A stretch of DNA of 54,522 nt, the filler included, from Catajapyx aquilonaris (taxonomy: Eukaryota): the NCBI GenBank assembly GCA_000934665.2. It is 2 parts of 2 records of this genome, joined end to end, with 100 filler letters (N's around TTAATTAATTAA, not from the genome) between each part and the next. Parts side by side here need not be neighbours in the genome. Positions count along the whole stretch, not along the records: positions 27,262 to 54,522 come from JYFJ02005110.1; 1 more part is not named here. The stretch is one strand, 5' to 3'. Position 1 is the first letter of the stretch. Each line of letters starts with the position of its first letter. The notes under the pieces were generated by a model. The model searched no databases, was not told where the DNA came from, and saw only the letters and a program-made list of their open reading frames with translations. A program made the position numbers and the translations under genes. This document shows positions 48,747 through 54,522 of this stretch, one piece after another.

Positions 48747-51700
48747 TTAAAAGTCAGCATCCCATCCGGATAACTCATCCGGAGGAACTGCCTGCTCTGG
48801 AGGGTAAGCCTCGAAGTTGGACGTGTCTGTTGGACCCTTGATCTAGATTAACACATGGGGCGTTGTTATTAACTCTGGTTAATGAGTTACTGGTCCATTC
48901 ATACAGAGAGAAAATGTTGGAGGGGCAAAAGAGGTCACTATATATACCTGGGGTGAGAAGGGCGCTGGCATGGTTCCGGACAACAGCGAATCCCAGTTGA
49001 ACCCACGGAACCACCTGAGAATATTAATCACACAATATTTAATTATTATTAAAATAAATTATTTACGAGAATAATTTTTGTATATAATAAGTTGACCTGT
49101 GATTCTGCACGTCGACCAACCCGTTGACCTGACATCCGAGCCGTTGCTGCGGCTGCTGCTTGCACAAGCTCCTGATCAGATGCTGAGCGTGGTGACCTTT
49201 GACCCTGCCTTCTGGAAACTTGACCTCGTCCATGCCCCTGAGGATATGGGAGTAGGTGCTGATGGGGTCAGTACCACATCCGCCAAATGGAGGCCTGCAA
49301 GGTGACAAATATATAGAAAAGAAAAGTCATACATAATATCTGCTGTCCCAATGAGAAACGCCCTATCTTTAATAACGGTTTTCACATATTCTTTTGTCCT
49401 TATTGGCTTTGGGCATAACTGCCGTCCCAACCAGAAACGTCTTATTTACTTCCGCGACTTTTGTCCTTAAGTTTACTGTACTTTTGGACCAAACTGCCGT
49501 CATAAGAAATAGCACCCTATCTCCAAAACCGGTTATCCCAGCGACTTATTGCTTTTGGACAGAACTGACGTCACAAGGAAAACCGCTTTATCTCCAAAAA
49601 CCAATTAGGACAAATAGTCGCCAGGAAAACAGGTTATGGAGATAGGTCGTCTCTATTTGGGACACCAGTTTTGTTCGAAACCGGCAAAGTCGCGGGAATG
49701 ACCGGTTTTGGATATATGACGCTTTTACTTGGGACGGCAGTTTTGTCCGAAACCAATAAGGACAAAAGTCGCTGCGATGAACGGTCTAGGAGATAGGGCG
49801 TTTCTACTTGGGACGGCAGTTTTGTCCGACACCAATAGGGACAAAAGTGGCAAGGATGAACGGTTGAGGAGATAGGGCGTTTCTACTTGGGACTGCAGTT
49901 TTGTCCGAAACCAATAGGGACAAAAGTCGCTGTGATGAACGGTTTAGGACATAGGGTGTTTCTACTTGGGACGGCAGTTTTGCCAGAAACCAATAGGGAC
50001 AAAAGTCGCTGTGATGAATGGTTTAGGACATAGGGCGTTTCTACTTGGGACGGCAGTTTTGTCCGAAACCAATGAGGACAAAAGTGGCTAGGATGAACGG
50101 TTTAGGACATAGGGCGTTTCTGCCTGGGACGGCAGCTTTGTCCGAAACATTTTTTTACGTACTCGCCAGTGAGCAGCTCGAAGATGAGTATCCCCAAGGC
50201 CCAGACGTCCACCGCTCGGTCATGTCCGGTGCTGAGGATGACCTCGGGTGCCAGGTACTCCGGGGTGCCACAGAAGGTCCAGGTCTTGTCTCCAGGCTGC
50301 AGCTTCTTGGCGAATCCAAAGTCGCCCATCTTCACATATCCCCTGGAGTCCAGCAGGAGGTTCTCTGGCTTCAAGTCCCTGTAGATCCAGCCTATCCGAT
50401 GGAGGAAGGAGAGACCCTGGACCACGCATGCGGAGACGAACCGGGCCGAGTCCTCGTCCAGGCCAATCATTATTCCTCTCTGATGATGATGGGGATGCTG
50501 GGTCGTGTGTATCATGGTCCAAACATCTCCGCCGAGACAAGCCTCCATCAGCAGGTACACGTGCTTGTTGTCCCGGAATGTCTTGTACAACCTATAGGAC
50601 ACATTTCAGAAAGAAAGAAAAACGTGATTCGAGTAGACTTTTTCTCATTTCCAAGAAAATTCTAATTGTATAACAATGGGGCTCATTTCCGGTTTGGAAC
50701 CCAGACACTACCGGCCTGTAGACTTGACCTTGGCGGATAGAGTGAGCCCAGTAAACCGGAAGTGGCGGGTCACCGGAAGTTGGCCATGACGCCTATTTAG
50801 GGTCCGCTGAATCCGAATCCGAAAACCGTTTGTCGCTATATCTTGCGGATTAGGCCCTGATAGCTGTCCACGGACAGACGGACGGACAGAGCCGTTCAGT
50901 CCCATGGACTGTCGTACCTGGCAAGAAAAGGGCAGTTGGCTCCTTGCACCATGACGTCCCTCTCTGCCACCAGGTGGCTCTGCTGGCTCCCTTGCACCAG
51001 ACGCGCCTTCGGCACCACCTTCAGTGCAAAGCTCCTGGACACGGAAGATGATGGAGTGTCCACCACCACAAGCTCCACCCTGCCGAACCCGCCGATCCCT
51101 AGGGTCCGAACCACTCTGAGGTCATCCAAGGTGACCCCGACGAGGTCATCCGCAATGTCCTCTTCCTCTTCCGAGATGCTGATGGCCGACGACATGATAG
51201 GAGCTGGAGTCACGTAGCTCTTCTCTCGCATCTCTTCCAATCCGCCAATGAACCTTATGGACCACAGGGGCAGTCGTGACAACTTTTATACCAAGCATAT
51301 GTAAATTGGGACTCACTTGAGAAATGACCTCCTGTCCAGGGTCAGACAGGTGACCCCCTTCTCCAGGGCTACCACGCTGGCAGTCCTCCGCCCGCCTTGA
51401 TGACCTCCTTCATCCCCTCCGGCCGCCCAGTTGATGATGGCCTGCTCCCCGAAGTAGTCTCCTTCCCCCAGCTGCCTGACCTCCTCGTCCTTGACCACGA
51501 CCTTGACCTTTCCCCTGCAGATGATGAAGAAGGAAGGCTCCCCTCTTCTGGACCCTTCCCTCACGATGCACGACCCTCCAGCGAACGACTGCTCCTCCAG
51601 GGCGTCGGCCACGCGCCCTAGGTCACCCTGGGTCAAAGGTCGCAGCAGCGGAACCTGGGTCAGGAACCTCAACCGCTCCTTCATCTTACGCTGACCAAAC

Positions 51701-51795
51701 CCCCGCATCGCCCACTGGAATTTGCTCCGATCCAGTGACCACACCCGGGCACTCTCGCTGACCACTACATGAAGTCATACATTATGAAGCTCACA

Positions 51796-51849
<54 letters not shown>

Positions 51850-51878
51850 ATGAAGTCATATACATTATCCAGCTCACA

Positions 51879-51942
<64 letters not shown>

Positions 51943-53283
51943 GTTGAATGAACTTACCAAGAACGGATGCCGTTCTGAGGCAGTTGTACAAGATGGCCAG
52001 TTCTCCAAAGGCCTTTCCCGGCCCCAGGATTCTGCCCAGGGGCCGCCCGCCCTGCACTACTTCCAGTTCGCCTTCCCACGACACGAACAGATGCTCACCT
52101 ACATAATATTATTCTTGTCAGTTCACTGGGTACAATTGGCACGTTTCATTGCAAACAAACCTGATTGTCCTTCCCGGATGACGTGCGCGCCTTTTGGGTA
52201 TGACCTGAAGGTCATGTGTCTGACCATCTGCTTGACCTGCTTGACCTGGAGGTGGTGCAGGAAGTCGTTGTCCATCAGGGCGCTGCATATGAGTCGACGC
52301 GTCTGGAGATCCTTATTGCTGCTGCAGCCGGACATCACGTCTTCAGCAGGAGGGGCAGTCGAGTCGCAGCTCATCTCGCCTGACACCCCGCCTCTTCGGA
52401 GGTGGTGATGGTGATGGTGCAGGGGCGGCCCAGGGGCCATCTCGTGTCTCTCCTGCAGGCGACTCAGAATAACCGAGCTCTCGTCTTCCTCTGAGCTGCT
52501 GCAGCTGCTCGACGACGACGAATCTCTCACAGCGACTTGCTGCAGCAAGCNCAAGAACTAACAAAGGAAATAACAAACAAAGTAAATAACTAACAAAGTA
52601 AATAACTAATAACAAAGTAAATAACAAATAACAAAGTAAATAACAAATTAAACATAACTAACTGAATAACAAATTAAACATAACTAACTGAATAACAAAT
52701 TAAATAAATAAATGAACAACTAAATTACTAAATAACTGACCAACCAAATAAACGACAAAAAGCAAACTAAATTAAATAAATAAATAACAAACTAAATAAT
52801 AACAAAATATCAAATCTGTACAAATCTGTTTAAAATGGCTAATTTGCACTTTTAATTGCCATGTATATTATTGGGTCGAGCCTGTGCCTCTGTTTGTCCG
52901 GGGTGAGTCATCAGCTAGGCGACTGCTGTAGTACACAACAACTACCCTTCGCACGACCCTGACCTTGAGAGGGGCATGATGCGCCATCTCTGTGAGGGAT
53001 ATGGTACTACGTGGACAGTCCGATCAGTTTTGCCAGTTTATGACAACTTGTCCGCTACATATAGTTATTTTGACCACTATAAAGTTATTTAGAATTAATC
53101 ACGAATGTGATATTTTTTCTGATATTAAATATTTAAATTGAAAAGAAATTCAGCTCCAGATGAATGATGACAACAGTATAGGCCTACCTTGAGCTTGTTG
53201 ACCTGCGTCTTGAGCCTGGATATTTGCCTTCTGGACTCTTCCAGCTCCAGCACCAGACTTTCCACCTCATCCTCGCTCTCCAT
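48747..53283 (-). CDS. cGMP-dependent protein kinase (PKG), divergent
   Basis: Exons 53188-53283, about 52161-52550 (acceptor obscured by an N), 51958-52098, 51317-51764, 50918-51253, 50163-50591, 49097-49294, 48948-49014 and 48747-48842. N-terminal leucine zipper, pseudosubstrate RRGGVSGE, two cNMP domains ([22 protein letters not shown]...RTASV), [36 protein letters not shown] and C-tail [10 protein letters not shown]. Confidence 0.93.
49340..50148. repeat. 79-bp tandem array in a PKG intron, with inverted degenerate units on the left
   Basis: ttctacttgggacggcagttttgtccga recurs at about 49802, 49881, 49960 and 50039. Reverse-orientation copies occur at about 49340-49565. Confidence 0.9.
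50610..50892 (+). mobile_element. Possible Helentron/HINE-like fragment
   Basis: ccggaagt repeats and a terminal (gacg/gaca)n microsatellite. Confidence 0.35.
51768..51942. repeat. Duplicated unit, each copy carrying a (TAC)n microsatellite
   Basis: atgaagtcata...agctcaca followed by (tac)n, twice. Confidence 0.95.
52552..52810. repeat. AT-rich low-complexity (AAAT/AAC) tract
   Basis: Read directly from the sequence. Confidence 0.9.
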
Positions 53284-54069
53284 GATTCCCTAATAAACCA
53301 TTGGGAACAACAGGATGAAGCCACTTTATATATATACGAGGCTAGTATGGTGGGGGTAAAAAAATCAATGTCCCTGAGAAACGAACAAATCAAAAAAAGA
53401 GACCGCAATTACGCGACAATTTTGTTTTCAAAAGACGTCGATTGCGAAGACATACAAATCTCCTATTTTCGCCAACTTGTCAGACGTCATCAGCACTCAT
53501 AATTTGATAAAGATCTTTTGTATATGTACGGTACGACCTCGAGGAAATAAGCGAAACGAGCGTTTTCAAGGCCAACACCCACACTTTAATATTTTTCTTT
53601 TTTATTCGACTTATTCCGATCAAGTTTGCGGCAGACTCAATTATTTTTCTGTCTTCATAACAGACATCCCCGATGGACTATGGGGACGGTTTTTTTTTCC
53701 TTGTAGGGGACGTAATGTGTCGGAGACGAATTTCCGGGGACGAAATTTCCTAGACCCGTCGTCGGTGTGTGTCAACTGCGTCACTCACTCTCTTGTAAAC
53801 AGTGGCAACAATAGAAAGAATAACACTGACCGACTTCCTTATTGTGATGGTGTCAGAACATGGTTGACAGGCAACCGTTGTTTACATTTTGGGACTGCTA
53901 ATGTGTTGGGCATTGTGGCATTTTGTGGGAAGGAAACACTCAAGGTTCCTGCATAATATGAAAATCTATATAGTTGGCCCTTCACAGGCTGCCATGTAAG
54001 AGATGTGGTTTTGGACCTGCAAGATCATCTCCGGATAAGCCAATTGTTGTGGTTTGCGCATCTCAGACA

Positions 54070-54370
54070 ATGAAGTGGTCCTTAGTAGTGCTCATCTTTG
54101 CGGTCATCATCACCACTTGCAAATCCGAGGATGGAAAGGCCCACAGCCTGTTCATCATGCTACTAGATGGGTATGATGTTCACTGACGGGGCTCTTTGCA
54201 TATTTCACGTATGATGATTTTATGTTTCAGGTTTCGTTGGGATTATGTCAACCTCCAATCTCGTCAACTGAGAGGATTCAGCAAGCTTTTTGCAAACGGG
54301 ATCAGAGCCGAGTGGGTGCAGCCGATATTTCCAACAGTGTCATATCCATGCTGGACTACACTCAGCACAG
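54070..54370 (+). CDS. Ectonucleotide pyrophosphatase/phosphodiesterase family protein (ENPP6-like), 5' part, continuing past the window
   Basis: Exons 54070-54170 and 54231-54370. Signal peptide, LLDGFRWDY and IFPTVSYPCWTTLSTG. Confidence 0.88.
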
Positions 54371-54522
54371 GTAATCGCATATCTTAAAATAAGTACCTTA
54401 TGCCACTCAATTATGTTGGATAAGTCTGTACAACACTGACACAAACCGTTCGAGATCACCAGGAGGCGTATACTCGTCCAGGTCACTCGCAATCGACAAA
54501 GTCGATTGACGTCAAAATGACG

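Noticed and set aside
49570..50148. 79-bp periodic array as repeat-spacer units
   Set aside because: The whole unit repeats with only point variation, so there are no distinct spacers.
51769..51951. Poly-Tyr/poly-Thr ORF
   Set aside because: Translation of an intronic (TAC)n microsatellite.

Overview
Eukaryotic, intron-containing genomic DNA, most likely from an arthropod/pancrustacean. It is not prokaryotic, and I see no CRISPR array, rRNA or intact tRNA gene. The window is two sequences joined by an artificial 100-nt linker (44 N + TTAATTAATTAA + 44 N, 27162-27261). The left piece holds a divergent 8-exon Cys-loop anion-channel subunit, CARHSP1 and DNAL4, the last two missed by the ORF track because their exons are short. 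They lie among many nested DNA-transposon MITEs, tRNA-derived SINEs, a decayed Chapaev3 element and several long foldback elements. The right piece holds a family of C2H2 zinc-finger genes (one truncated copy, one single-module gene, one gene fused from three modules), a decayed Sola-like transposase, a secreted 12-Cys fungal-protease-inhibitor-like peptide, a divergent tubulin cofactor D, a secreted IL-17-like cystine-knot protein, a cGMP-dependent protein kinase and the 5' end of an ENPP6-like gene. The best candidate for an undescribed system is a 765-bp TA-flanked Tc1/mariner element built from two convergent copies of the transposon's own 5' end (TIR, leader and HTH ORF). It sits inside a second foldback just downstream of CARHSP1 and resembles a Mu-killer-type hairpin silencer; that function is inference only. 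Gene models were assembled by eye from splice sites and reading phase, with no database searches.
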